Shown: positions 29,537 to 38,541 of the stretch, piece by piece
How positions within the stretch are numbered: the stretch's first letter is position 1
Layout: every line of letters starts with the position of its first letter
DNA from: an uncultured Pseudomonadales bacterium
GTDB taxonomy: Bacteria; Patescibacteriota; Microgenomatia; UBA1400; Chazhemtobacteraceae
Length of the DNA: 64,000 bases
Direction of reading: 5' to 3'
NCBI GenBank assembly: GCA_964422035.1
Contig: CAYQZQ010000001.1
Coordinates: forward strand, 587,786 to 651,785
Made by a program: the position numbers and the translations under genes
Notes under the pieces: model-generated
Database searches by the model: none
Told to the model about the DNA's origin: nothing
What the model saw: the letters and a program-made list of their open reading frames with translations, nothing else

Positions 29537-29735
29537 ACGCGTCTGTGATAGTCACAGGCATGTTTGTTGGTAATTAACCAACCTAGGCCTGGCCAGGACC
29601 AGGCACCACAGTGACTGTATAGTCAAGTCACGCTAGGCGTGATGACGGAAAGATAGAGGATAATCCGCAGGCGGATTCTTTATCTTCCCTTTTAAGCAGT
29701 GACTGTGTCCTTTTATTCGCGGTGAATTAGCCGCG
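29537..29735 (+). ncRNA. Candidate structured RNA or 5' leader of unknown family
   Basis: At least seven helices with almost no unpaired linker, including a long-range stem 29607-29617/29697-29707 closing a three-way junction; starts just after a consensus promoter. Confidence 0.6.
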
Positions 29736-30446
29736 TTGATGATTTGGACAATAATTGAGCTTATGGTTCTAGCTTCCCTTGTATGGGCAGCTGAAAAACC
29801 CAAGGCTATTTCCCTTCTTAAACAAGGTTGGAGTATGTTTAAAGCTGGTTTAGACAGCTTGATGGGGCTCTTTTTGCCTGAAACACGTAAGTCAAACCCC
29901 GTTTCTAAGCTATTGAGGCCAGTATTTGAGCATAGCCATCTTAAGACCGTGGTGGGACTAAACCTAGCAGGCCTAATGCTGGTAGCTGGTTCCTCTGCTA
30001 TCCCTGGGGCTGCCTTAGGCATAACTCCAAGAGAGCTTGAAACTGATCTTTGGGCAGATGTACAGGTAGAGACCAAGAAGGCTGTCGTGCAGCCTGTGCC
30101 TGACGCCAGAGGCATATCTCAGGGTTATCATATTTTTCACCAAGCGGTCGATATTCAAGCTTATGTGGGAAGCGAGGTTAAACCTATTGCTGCCGGTACT
30201 GTTGAAAGGGTCGTATATAGTAGATACGGTTATGGATTCTGGATATTGATTGATCATGGTAATGAGACTAAGTCTTTGTATGCTCACTTGGGTGATATAA
30301 GCGTAGAAGTGGATCAGGAGGTTAAAACAGAGACTACTATTGGAATGATTGGTATGACTGGCAGAACCACAGGACCTCACTTGCATTTGGAGATTTTTGA
30401 AAATGGAAGAAATGTTAATCCATTGGTCTTTTTGTCTGGTAGATAA
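29736..30446 (+). CDS. M23 family metallopeptidase
   Basis: HQAVDI, GYG..ILIDHG, YAHL, TGRTTGPHLHLE; true start uncertain. Confidence 0.9.
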   Translation: MMIWTIIELMVLASLVWAAEKPKAISLLKQGWSMFKAGLDSLMGLFLPETRKSNPVSKLLRPVFEHSHLKTVVGLNLAGLMLVAGSSAIPGAALGITPRELETDLWADVQVETKKAVVQPVPDARGISQGYHIFHQAVDIQAYVGSEVKPIAAGTVERVVYSRYGYGFWILIDHGNETKSLYAHLGDISVEVDQEVKTETTIGMIGMTGRTTGPHLHLEIFENGRNVNPLVFLSGR

Positions 30447-30498
30447 GCTTGTGAGTAATATGTAGGTATTCTCCCCTATTTGTCAATTAAAAATGGTC

Positions 30499-30527
30499 TG
30501 TGGATAAATAGAGTTTTTTGTGGATAG
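30499..30527 (+). promoter_or_regulatory. Pair of DnaA boxes
   Basis: TGTGGATAA (30499-30507, perfect) and TGTGGATAG (30519-30527), same orientation, 20 bp apart. Confidence 0.45.
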
Positions 30528-30556
30528 TTTGTAAGAGATGTACTAAAATAGGAAGC

Positions 30557-31777
30557 GTGGTTGAAAGAAGAAACGAAAACAATAACGAATCTGGTGAGAG
30601 TGCTGAGGAGTGGTTTAACAATAGAAAAGAAAGATTGGCTAGACAAAAAGAGTTTCGCTCCCTACCCACTTTTGTTGAAAAAGATGACAAGCCGGCAATA
30701 AGAGAAACTGAAAAAGTGATGCGCAAAGAACGAAAAAAGGCAATCGCTACCAATTTATCTAGTATGGAGGTCTTAATTCCCTGGCTTTATGAAAAGGCAG
30801 GCTTGATTGAGGGAGATTTGGTGGGTGTAGATAGAGGTTCTCATGTAGAAAAACTGTCTATTGTGGGACAAGAACTGCATGAAGCAGAAAGCTTGTTTAG
30901 TGTGGTGCTGCAGAAAGACAATGGACTTTATGCACACGAGGTGTTGCCTACTAGTGATGATGAGTTAGTTTTGCGAATTGAGAAGGCCAGTAACGGGTTT
31001 ATTGTCAAACAAAATGATGATAAAGAAACCATTAGAGAAAATTTGATGCACGCTTGGCAGAGATTCTGCGACCTCTCTTTAAAGAAGGGTCCTGAAAACC
31101 ATACTTTACCTGGGTTTGGGATAATGGGCCCTCTAGAAAGAGAAAATCTTGAATACAATGAGGAAGTTAAAGCTTTAGGGAACAGGTTGGCCGCAAGATG
31201 GGCTGAAGAGGTAAGTAAAGAGAGGCCGATGAGTTGGGAGTTTAGAAAAAATACTTTAACACAACGAGAGGTTTTGATCGCCGTGAAGTTTGATTTGGCA
31301 AACTTAATGTTTCGGTCAAGACTGGATAGTGTAAGTAGAATTATTGATAATCATGGATTAGTAAGAGCTCAGGTCATTGACCTAAAAACAGGCCAAAAAC
31401 AAGAGAGGGTGGGGCTAAGAGCAGAGATTGATAGAAGACAAAAGCAGTTGATCCAGGTCCTACTTGAAGAATTTACTGTGTCGTATTTGTTAAACTTTAA
31501 AAATCTTGAAAGCAATAAAGGGATTTTTTACTTAAAAACACAAGAGGGGGTGAGAAGACAAAGTGATAGGTTGCATATGATGGGATATAGATATTTTGAC
31601 AAAAATACTGGAGAGCTTGAGCTGGATAGGTTTAAAATGAACGACAAAGAAAGGCAGGAGTTTGACGATTGGCTTAGGTGGTATGGGGAGATGATGCATA
31701 TATATGAAGGCGATGTTAGGAAGTTGATGAAAAGAGATTTTTGGTATGATTTGTCGTCTGTTAGACTTAAGAGTTAA
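30557..31777 (+). CDS. Hypothetical protein
   Basis: ORF 30518-31777; GTG 30557 lies 7 nt after TAAAAT; stop overlaps the tgt ATG; no family recognised. Confidence 0.7.
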   Translation: MVERRNENNNESGESAEEWFNNRKERLARQKEFRSLPTFVEKDDKPAIRETEKVMRKERKKAIATNLSSMEVLIPWLYEKAGLIEGDLVGVDRGSHVEKLSIVGQELHEAESLFSVVLQKDNGLYAHEVLPTSDDELVLRIEKASNGFIVKQNDDKETIRENLMHAWQRFCDLSLKKGPENHTLPGFGIMGPLERENLEYNEEVKALGNRLAARWAEEVSKERPMSWEFRKNTLTQREVLIAVKFDLANLMFRSRLDSVSRIIDNHGLVRAQVIDLKTGQKQERVGLRAEIDRRQKQLIQVLLEEFTVSYLLNFKNLESNKGIFYLKTQEGVRRQSDRLHMMGYRYFDKNTGELELDRFKMNDKERQEFDDWLRWYGEMMHIYEGDVRKLMKRDFWYDLSSVRLKS

Positions 31778-32859
31778 TGAGAGAAGTTTTTAAAAGCAAA
31801 AACCAAGATCTTAAGTTGCCTATCTTTTTTCCTGATGCTACACAGGGGGTAATTAAAGGGCTTGACAGTGATGATATTAGAAATACCAAGACCGAGGGGG
31901 TGTTGGTAAATACTTATCATCTTTATAGGAAATTAGGAAAGGGTGTATTGAATGAATTTGGAGGAATTGGTAAATTTATAAACTGGAAAGGTGGTTTGAT
32001 CTCTGATTCGGGAGGTTTTCAACTAATGAGTTTGGTTAAAAAAAACGGGAAAGGTAGAGTTAGAGAGCGGGGAATTGAATTTATGAGCCAGAACGGAAAA
32101 ATGTTATTTACTCCTGAAGAGTCAATAAGTTTCCAAATGGAGATTGGAGCTGATATGTTGGTGGTTTTGGATGACTTTACTCCCCCAGAAGCGGATTATG
32201 ATGAAGCGAAGGAAACTGTTGAGCTCACAATTAGATGGGCAAAAAGAAGTAAGGATGAGTTTGAGAAGATTTGCGACAAGAAAGGACTCTCAAACAAGAA
32301 AAGACCTTACTTGTTGGCAGTGGTGCAAGGTGGGCAGTTTTTAGATCTAAGGAAAGATTGTGCAAACAGGCTGGAAGAGATTGGTTTTGATGGTTTTGGT
32401 TTTGGAGGTTGGCCTGTTAAAGAGAGTGGAGATTTTCATTGGGAAGTTGCTGAGTGTCTGGCTAAAAATACTCCAGAGGATTATTTTTTATATGGACTAG
32501 GAATTGGAATGCCTGATGATATCGTTGGCTGTGTTGACCTGGGGTACAACATTTTTGACTGCGTTTTGCCAACCAGAGACGGAAGACATGGTCGAATATA
32601 TAGATACAAAGCTGACAGTATGGAGGAAATTAAGATTGAAGGTGATTTTTATGAATTTTTACAAGTAGGCAAGAAAGGTCAGATTGATAAAACGGAACCA
32701 GTGAGCAGGGCGTGTGATTGTGCTTTATGCAGAAATTACAGTTTGGGTTACTTGGCTCATTTGTTTAGGATTAAAGAAATGACAGCGGGAAGATTGGCAT
32801 CCATTCACAACTTAAGATTCTATTCAATATTAATGGAGAAGTTAAAGAATCGACAATAA
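31777..32859 (+). CDS. tgt: tRNA-guanine transglycosylase
   Basis: NTYHL, SDSGGFQ, VQGG, FDCVLPTRDGRHG, CDCALC..HNL zinc site. Confidence 0.95.
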   Translation: MREVFKSKNQDLKLPIFFPDATQGVIKGLDSDDIRNTKTEGVLVNTYHLYRKLGKGVLNEFGGIGKFINWKGGLISDSGGFQLMSLVKKNGKGRVRERGIEFMSQNGKMLFTPEESISFQMEIGADMLVVLDDFTPPEADYDEAKETVELTIRWAKRSKDEFEKICDKKGLSNKKRPYLLAVVQGGQFLDLRKDCANRLEEIGFDGFGFGGWPVKESGDFHWEVAECLAKNTPEDYFLYGLGIGMPDDIVGCVDLGYNIFDCVLPTRDGRHGRIYRYKADSMEEIKIEGDFYEFLQVGKKGQIDKTEPVSRACDCALCRNYSLGYLAHLFRIKEMTAGRLASIHNLRFYSILMEKLKNRQ

Positions 32860-32890
32860 AAAAACCCCGCGCAAGCGGGGCTTTTTATTT
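32858..32890. terminator. Bidirectional intrinsic terminator between tgt and groL
   Basis: A-tract, CCCCGC-GCAA-GCGGGG, then CTTTTTATTT. Confidence 0.9.
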
Positions 32891-32901
32891 ATTAGTTTTG
32901 G

Positions 32902-34542
32902 TTACATTCCCATACCTGCAGGTATGCCTCCTCCAGCTCTACCTGGACCAGGTTGATCATCATCTTCTTCAGGAATTTGGGTGATCAAACTTTCTGTGGT
33001 TAGAATCATCGAAGCAACAGAAGCGGCGTTTTGCAAAGCAGCTCTAGTTACCTTAACGGGGTCAATGATGCCGTCTTTTAGAAGATCGCCGTACTGAAGA
33101 GTGCTGGCGTTGAAGCCGAAGTTAGGATCGTCACTCTCTTGAACCTTTCTGACTACATAGCCCTCGTCAGCTCCGGAGTTTTTGGCTAACCAGCGCAATG
33201 GTTGAGAGAGAGAGTCGCGAACTACTTTGACTCCAATTTCTTCATCGTCATTTTCAGTTTTGATGTCTTCAAGGACTTTTACAGCTCTTAATAGAGCAAC
33301 ACCTCCGCCGGGAACAATGCCTTCCTCGATAGCTGCTTTGGTGGCGCCAACTGCGTCTTTAACTCTTTCCTTAAGTTCGTTGAGTTCTACCTCACTGGCA
33401 GCTCCAACGTTTATAACGGCAACTCCGCCAGATAGTTTAGCAAGACGTTCTTGAATTTTTTCTCTATCAAAATCAGAGGTGGTCTTGTCTATCTGTTTTT
33501 TGAGTTGAGAAACTCTGGCTTGAAGGTCTTTTTTGGTTCCTTGACCTCCGATGATGCGAGTTTCGTCTTTGCCAGCAACTATTCTATCAGCTTGTCCGCA
33601 GTCTTGAGGAGTTACTGATTCAAGTTTTCTGCCGGTGTCTTCAGAGATGACAGTGCCTCCGGTTAAAATGGCTATGTCATCAAGCATGGCTTTTCTACTA
33701 TCACCAAAGCCGGGAGCTTGAACAGCTAAGACATTGAATGAACCGCGCATCTTGTTGACTACTAAAGTAGCCAGGGCTTCTCCATCGATGTCATCAGCGA
33801 TGATAACTAGGTTTTTGCTTATTTTGACGATGTTTTCCAGGAAAGGAAGAAGTTCTTGAACTGAGCTTATTTTTTGGTCAGTGATAAGAATGTGGGGCTC
33901 TTCGATAACTGCCTCCATACTGTCACTGTCGGTAACAAAATATGGAGAAGAGTAACCTTTATTGAAGGCCATACCTTCTTTGTGCTCGATTTCGATTTCA
34001 AGTCCTCTACCCTCTTCTACTTCCACTAGTCCGTCTTGGCCAACGTTTTTTAGAGCTTGAGCAATTTTTTTACCAATGTTGGGGTTTTGTGCAGAAATTG
34101 TGGCAACATTTTCCCAGTCTTTTTGGGTAACTTTCTTTTTGCTTTCTTTTAAGTGCTCAATGACTATCTTAGTGGCTTTATCAATGCCGGTTTTCATCTG
34201 CATTGGATTGGCACCGGCGGCGATTGATTTCATACCGTTTTTAACGATTTGTTGTGCAAGTAAGGTAGCGGTGGTGGTACCATCTCCAGCAGCATCGTTA
34301 GTTTTTTCAGCAGCTTCTTTTACTAGTTGAGCTCCCATGTTTTCGAATGGATCTTTAAGTTCAACTTCTTTAGCTACTGAGACACCATCATGAAGTACGT
34401 TGGGGGCACCCCAGGACTTCTCAATGGCTACATTACGACCACGTGGACCTAAAGTGGTAACAACGGCTTTTGCTAATTGGTCAACCCCGCTTAAGAGTTT
34501 CTGGCGGGCTTCTTCTGAATAGATTATTTGTTTGGCGGACAT
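32902..34542 (-). CDS. groL: Chaperonin GroEL
   Basis: [39 protein letters not shown], Gly/Met-rich tail. Confidence 0.98.
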   Translation of the reverse strand: MSAKQIIYSEEARQKLLSGVDQLAKAVVTTLGPRGRNVAIEKSWGAPNVLHDGVSVAKEVELKDPFENMGAQLVKEAAEKTNDAAGDGTTTATLLAQQIVKNGMKSIAAGANPMQMKTGIDKATKIVIEHLKESKKKVTQKDWENVATISAQNPNIGKKIAQALKNVGQDGLVEVEEGRGLEIEIEHKEGMAFNKGYSSPYFVTDSDSMEAVIEEPHILITDQKISSVQELLPFLENIVKISKNLVIIADDIDGEALATLVVNKMRGSFNVLAVQAPGFGDSRKAMLDDIAILTGGTVISEDTGRKLESVTPQDCGQADRIVAGKDETRIIGGQGTKKDLQARVSQLKKQIDKTTSDFDREKIQERLAKLSGGVAVINVGAASEVELNELKERVKDAVGATKAAIEEGIVPGGGVALLRAVKVLEDIKTENDDEEIGVKVVRDSLSQPLRWLAKNSGADEGYVVRKVQESDDPNFGFNASTLQYGDLLKDGIIDPVKVTRAALQNAASVASMILTTESLITQIPEEDDDQPGPGRAGGGIPAGMGM

Positions 34543-34579
34543 AATAGATTAGAAATTTATAATTTTAAATACAATATGA

Positions 34580-34897
34580 TTACTCAACTTGGGCAAGGAT
34601 GTCTTCGAATTTAAGAAATTGGAGTTCTTGTCCTTTGATAGTGACCTCGTTTCCTCCCCATTTTTTGTATACGACTAGGTCGCCTTTTTTGGCAGGGGAT
34701 GTTTGTTTTTGGTCGTCTTTTTGAATATCGTCTCCGACAGCAAGAACCTTGCCGTATTGGGGTTGCTCGTCATGAGTATCGGGTAAATAAATGCCTGTTT
34801 CTGTCTGTTTTTCAACTTCTGATGGTTCAACAATGATGTAACCAGGGGCGGGTTTTAAATTCTTAACTGAAAGAGAGGTTTTTTTCTTAGATGCCAT
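34580..34897 (-). CDS. groS: Co-chaperonin GroES
   Basis: TETGIYLPD, GKVLAVG, GDLVVY, EDILA; directly upstream of groL. Confidence 0.96.
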   Translation of the reverse strand: MASKKKTSLSVKNLKPAPGYIIVEPSEVEKQTETGIYLPDTHDEQPQYGKVLAVGDDIQKDDQKQTSPAKKGDLVVYKKWGGNEVTIKGQELQFLKFEDILAQVE

Positions 34898-34936
34898 GGA
34901 TAAGTTTTTTTAATTGTTAATTGCTTAAAAATGCAA

Positions 34937-34963
34937 ATAGCACTTTACGTGCACGAGTGCTAT
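34937..34963 (-). promoter_or_regulatory. CIRCE element (HrcA operator)
   Basis: ATAGCACTC-N9-AAGTGCTAT on the minus strand against consensus TTAGCACTC-N9-GAGTGCTAA, 40 bp upstream of groS. Confidence 0.88.
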
Positions 34964-34986
34964 TTTATTTAAGGAAACTGCTGATG

Positions 34987-37485
34987 TCAAGTTTGTAGGT
35001 CATCAGATCCAGTCTTAGTCGATTCTTTTTTGTCAACCATCATGGTTAGATTATAACGTCCTTGATCATCTATTTCATAGAGTTTAACTTTTATCTGGTC
35101 TCCTTTATGGGCCCATTGATGTGGATCTTTGACGTATTCTTTTGAGATATTTGAGATGTGAACCAGTCCTTTGGTGTCGGGCAGAAATTCAACAAAGATG
35201 CCGTAGTCTTTGATGTTAGTTACCGAGCCGATGTATGTCTCGCCTACTTTGGGTTGGGTTTGTAATGGTTGTTGGGGAAGAATTTGGGGTGATTGGGGCT
35301 GGTTTTGGGATGGCTCTTGCTTGGTTTGACTGTGGCGTTGCTTTGAAGAGGTGATAACTTTTTGGCGATTGTGAGTGCGATTTTGTTCAGGTAGGGGCAA
35401 AGTGTAAGCGGGGAAGGGACTGGAAATGCGGCCGTCGATGGTGAGTTTGTTGATGATTTGATAGCGACCAAGGTTGACTAAGTCGTCCTGGGTATATAAA
35501 TCACCGAATTCTTGTTTTATTCTGTCAGCGTCATCAGCTCCGACTACAAATGTAGCAATGGTGCCTACGTTGCCAAAAATAGCTTTTTGAATTTCTTCAG
35601 GTAACTGAGCTGTATATTGGTTTGCAAGAGTTAAGCCAAGACGATATTTTCTGGCTTCGGAGAGAATTTTTATGAATGATTGAGTGGCAAAGTTTTGAAA
35701 CTCGTCAACATATAAGAAGAAATCTTTTCTTTCTTCTTCGGGAACGTTAACTCTGTTCATGGCTGCAAGTTGGAATTGGGTAATAAACATGGCACCAAGA
35801 AGAGCAGCGTTAGCTTCGCCTAATTTGCCTTGGGATACGTTAAGAATAAGGATTTTGCCTTGATCCATGATTTCTTCCAAGTCTATTGTTGAAGTGGGAC
35901 TTTCTAGCACTTTTCTTATGGTGGGGCTGCCGATGAATTGACCTACTTTGTTTAAGATAGGGGCCACCGCTTCGGTTTGGAGTCGCTCTGAATACTGATT
36001 AAATTCTTTTTCCCAAAAATCAATTAGCACTTGATGCTCGATGGCATCGAGACTATTAACAATTTTTGAACGAAACTGGCCATTGGTGAGGATTTTGGGA
36101 ACATCAAGCAAAGTTGAGCCGGGGGTTTCAACAAGAGTCAAAAGAGTGTTGCGGAAGATGTACTCCATGCGTGGCCCCCATGAATAATGAAAAAGTTTAT
36201 GAAAGATAGAGACGATGCCTTCCATGACGAGCTCTTTGTGCTCTGGTCGTTTTACTTCAAGTGGATTGAGGTGGAAAGGACGATCCATGTTGGTAGGATC
36301 AAGATAAGCAACATCTTTGATGCGATGGTCTGGTACGAAATCCAGAAGTATATCTGAAAGGTCTCCATGAGGGTCGATGACGGCCAGTCCTTGATCTTTT
36401 TGCAGATCTGAGATGGCCATGTTAGCCATTAACCAAGATTTACCTGTGCCTGATTTGCCTAAGATATAAAAATGTCGACGACGATCGGTAAGCCTGATAC
36501 CAAATGGAGCGAGTCTGTTTTTGAATTCGGTTTTGGCGTAGATGGTTAGACTTTTCTCTTCTTGAGAAGTTGTGGATTTGGCAACTGGCAGGTTATCTGG
36601 CGGCTCTCCCCGCAGGGTTTTGCCCCAGGCAAGGTTGCGAATTCCGACGTGTTGCAGGCTAGGAAAGTGAAAAAGACTGGCGAGTTCAACAACATTTAAG
36701 ACTTGATTTTTGGGTATAAAGTTGGGGGTGCGATTAATAAGTGATGAGATGAATTTTTGTTTGCGCTTGGGTTTTTGAAGTGAGAAAGAGTTGCCCTGGT
36801 TGAGAGTATAGGTATGGTAGGCACTGGATAGTTGAATGAGGAGACTTTGGGCTTGATTGGGATCTTTGGAGGTAGTGAGAATTCTTAGGTCAGCTTGGTA
36901 GGCTGGTGAGGAAATCTTGTCTTCGATAAGGTTGGCTTGAGGGTGGGCTTTGAAAACTTCAGGATCTGGGCTGACTCCTTTTTCGATGATGTGTCGGCTG
37001 CCTTGAGCCCAACCAGAGGGAGCGGCGGTAAGGAGTATTTGAATAATGGCAGCAGAGTGAGGAGTGGTTTTGGAGAGAACCCCTAGTATGGCTGAGAGGG
37101 GGTCTGTGTCTTCAAATTGATTGTAGGTTTTAAGAGGAAAATGATAGGGAGAGGTTAGCTGCAGCTGACCGGTACAAGTATGACCGTAGTTAGTCCATCC
37201 TGGTAAGTAGTCCTCCATTTGAGTGATAACTGAAGTTGGGTATTGGGCGGCGATTTGATTGCGGAGAAGTTGTTGATGTTTTTGGGGGGCGGTGACGATG
37301 AAGAATACTCTTTGGTTGAGGCTGGCAATTTCCAGACTAATGGTGGGTTGATTGTTTAAAAGTCTTTGAAAAAAGTTATCACTTAAAATGTTGTTTAAAC
37401 CAGAGAGAAACTGAGCAGACGCTTCTGGAGTATATTCGGAGTCTTTAGCAGTTCGGACTTCTAAGATTGTGCGTTGGGCAGGCAT
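34987..37485 (-). CDS. VirD4/TraD/HerA-like P-loop ATPase with C-terminal S1 RNA-binding domain
   Basis: Walker A GKSGTGKS, IDPHGDL, WGPRME, Walker B LYVDEFQNF, SEARKY; C-terminal VGETYIGSVTNIKDYGIFVEF..GLVHIS..KGDQIKVKL. Confidence 0.85.
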   Translation of the reverse strand: MPAQRTILEVRTAKDSEYTPEASAQFLSGLNNILSDNFFQRLLNNQPTISLEIASLNQRVFFIVTAPQKHQQLLRNQIAAQYPTSVITQMEDYLPGWTNYGHTCTGQLQLTSPYHFPLKTYNQFEDTDPLSAILGVLSKTTPHSAAIIQILLTAAPSGWAQGSRHIIEKGVSPDPEVFKAHPQANLIEDKISSPAYQADLRILTTSKDPNQAQSLLIQLSSAYHTYTLNQGNSFSLQKPKRKQKFISSLINRTPNFIPKNQVLNVVELASLFHFPSLQHVGIRNLAWGKTLRGEPPDNLPVAKSTTSQEEKSLTIYAKTEFKNRLAPFGIRLTDRRRHFYILGKSGTGKSWLMANMAISDLQKDQGLAVIDPHGDLSDILLDFVPDHRIKDVAYLDPTNMDRPFHLNPLEVKRPEHKELVMEGIVSIFHKLFHYSWGPRMEYIFRNTLLTLVETPGSTLLDVPKILTNGQFRSKIVNSLDAIEHQVLIDFWEKEFNQYSERLQTEAVAPILNKVGQFIGSPTIRKVLESPTSTIDLEEIMDQGKILILNVSQGKLGEANAALLGAMFITQFQLAAMNRVNVPEEERKDFFLYVDEFQNFATQSFIKILSEARKYRLGLTLANQYTAQLPEEIQKAIFGNVGTIATFVVGADDADRIKQEFGDLYTQDDLVNLGRYQIINKLTIDGRISSPFPAYTLPLPEQNRTHNRQKVITSSKQRHSQTKQEPSQNQPQSPQILPQQPLQTQPKVGETYIGSVTNIKDYGIFVEFLPDTKGLVHISNISKEYVKDPHQWAHKGDQIKVKLYEIDDQGRYNLTMMVDKKESTKTGSDDLQT

Positions 37486-37508
37486 AGGTTAATTATAGCG
37501 AAAGTCGA

Positions 37509-38189
37509 TTATTGGTTAGAAAGTGCTGAGGATTGTTCTTGATTGGTGCTTTCTTGTTGATCTTGTGAAGGGGGCGAAGATTGGGGTTGATCTTTTTTAA
37601 AAACAATTTTATCTTTGGGCTTGTCGGTTTTGCCGATGATTTTTACTTGGGACAAAAGAATGCCTTCAACCACTAAGCCTTTATCATCAAAAAGCTGGGT
37701 CAGTTCCTTTTCAAGAGCTTTTTCAATAGCGGTTCTTTGTGAACGAATCTGCTCGGCTTTAATTTGAGTGAAGATATTGGAGATTCTTGAGCGGGCAAAG
37801 GGACGGACTACTTTGGAGACGAAGTTGTCACCTATGTTTTCCCAAAGTTCGGGAGCATTTTTTTTGTCAATTCTGAAAAGAACTGAACCTTCTACAGAGA
37901 TTTCCTGGCCATCTTGGGTGGTGGTGGTTATAGCTTTATCCCCTAGAGCTTCTTTGTTTTTAGGATTAAAGTTTTCAACTATCGAGTATTCGAGTATTTG
38001 AGCGTTGAAGAGCTTGGCAACCTGCCAGAATGGAATCTTAAGGTGCAAACCCGGACCCCAGACTCGATGAAGAACTCCTCTACCCCTGTCATAGATACAA
38101 GCAACGTGGCCGGGGGGCACAGAGACGAAAAAACCTCCAACTACTTCATCTACCAGAAAGCTGACTATTAGTTTGTCAAAATCTGCCAT
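37509..38189 (-). CDS. SPFH / prohibitin / band 7 domain protein
   Basis: VPPGHV, GPGLHLKIPF, TQDGQEI, VVRP..RS. Confidence 0.85.
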   Translation of the reverse strand: MADFDKLIVSFLVDEVVGGFFVSVPPGHVACIYDRGRGVLHRVWGPGLHLKIPFWQVAKLFNAQILEYSIVENFNPKNKEALGDKAITTTTQDGQEISVEGSVLFRIDKKNAPELWENIGDNFVSKVVRPFARSRISNIFTQIKAEQIRSQRTAIEKALEKELTQLFDDKGLVVEGILLSQVKIIGKTDKPKDKIVFKKDQPQSSPPSQDQQESTNQEQSSALSNQ

Positions 38190-38391
38190 ATTATTGTGTG
38201 GTGCTTAATTGTTGATTGTTACTAGTCTCTTCAGATTGGAATTCAGATTGACCTGGGGGGAATATCTGAAGGGCTTACTATCCATGTATGATACCAGAAA
38301 ACTAGCTGTATGACTAATTAAAATACTATGGAAAGAAGTAGGGTGGTTATATGGAATCACGAGAGAGTCTCTAGTGAAGTTTTAATACCTT

Positions 38392-38541
38392 TTAGGCAAG
38401 TTTTCTTTTTTCTTCAGCCGTTATTTGTACCCTGAGTTTGACTGGTAAAAGAATAATGAGAATGATTAAAGCAAAGGCTATAGTGGCTATTAGGTTGTTA
38501 GAAGAGGACTAATTGAGGAAGGTGATAGAAGACTCAATCAC
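38392..38541 (-). pseudogene. Possible decayed yidC-like fragment
   Basis: GTG-initiated frame MIESSITFLN*SSSNNLIATIAFALIILIILLPVKLRVQITAEEKRKLA* aligns by eye with the N-terminus of the YidC in this window. Confidence 0.35.

Noticed and set aside
29575-29612. Resemblance to the SRP RNA core (CCAGG...)
   Set aside because: The conserved CAGG-stem-GRAA-stem-AGCA arrangement is absent
29639-29652. TGATGA..GAAA resembling a hammerhead ribozyme core
   Set aside because: Preceded by G rather than C, and no stem II between the motifs
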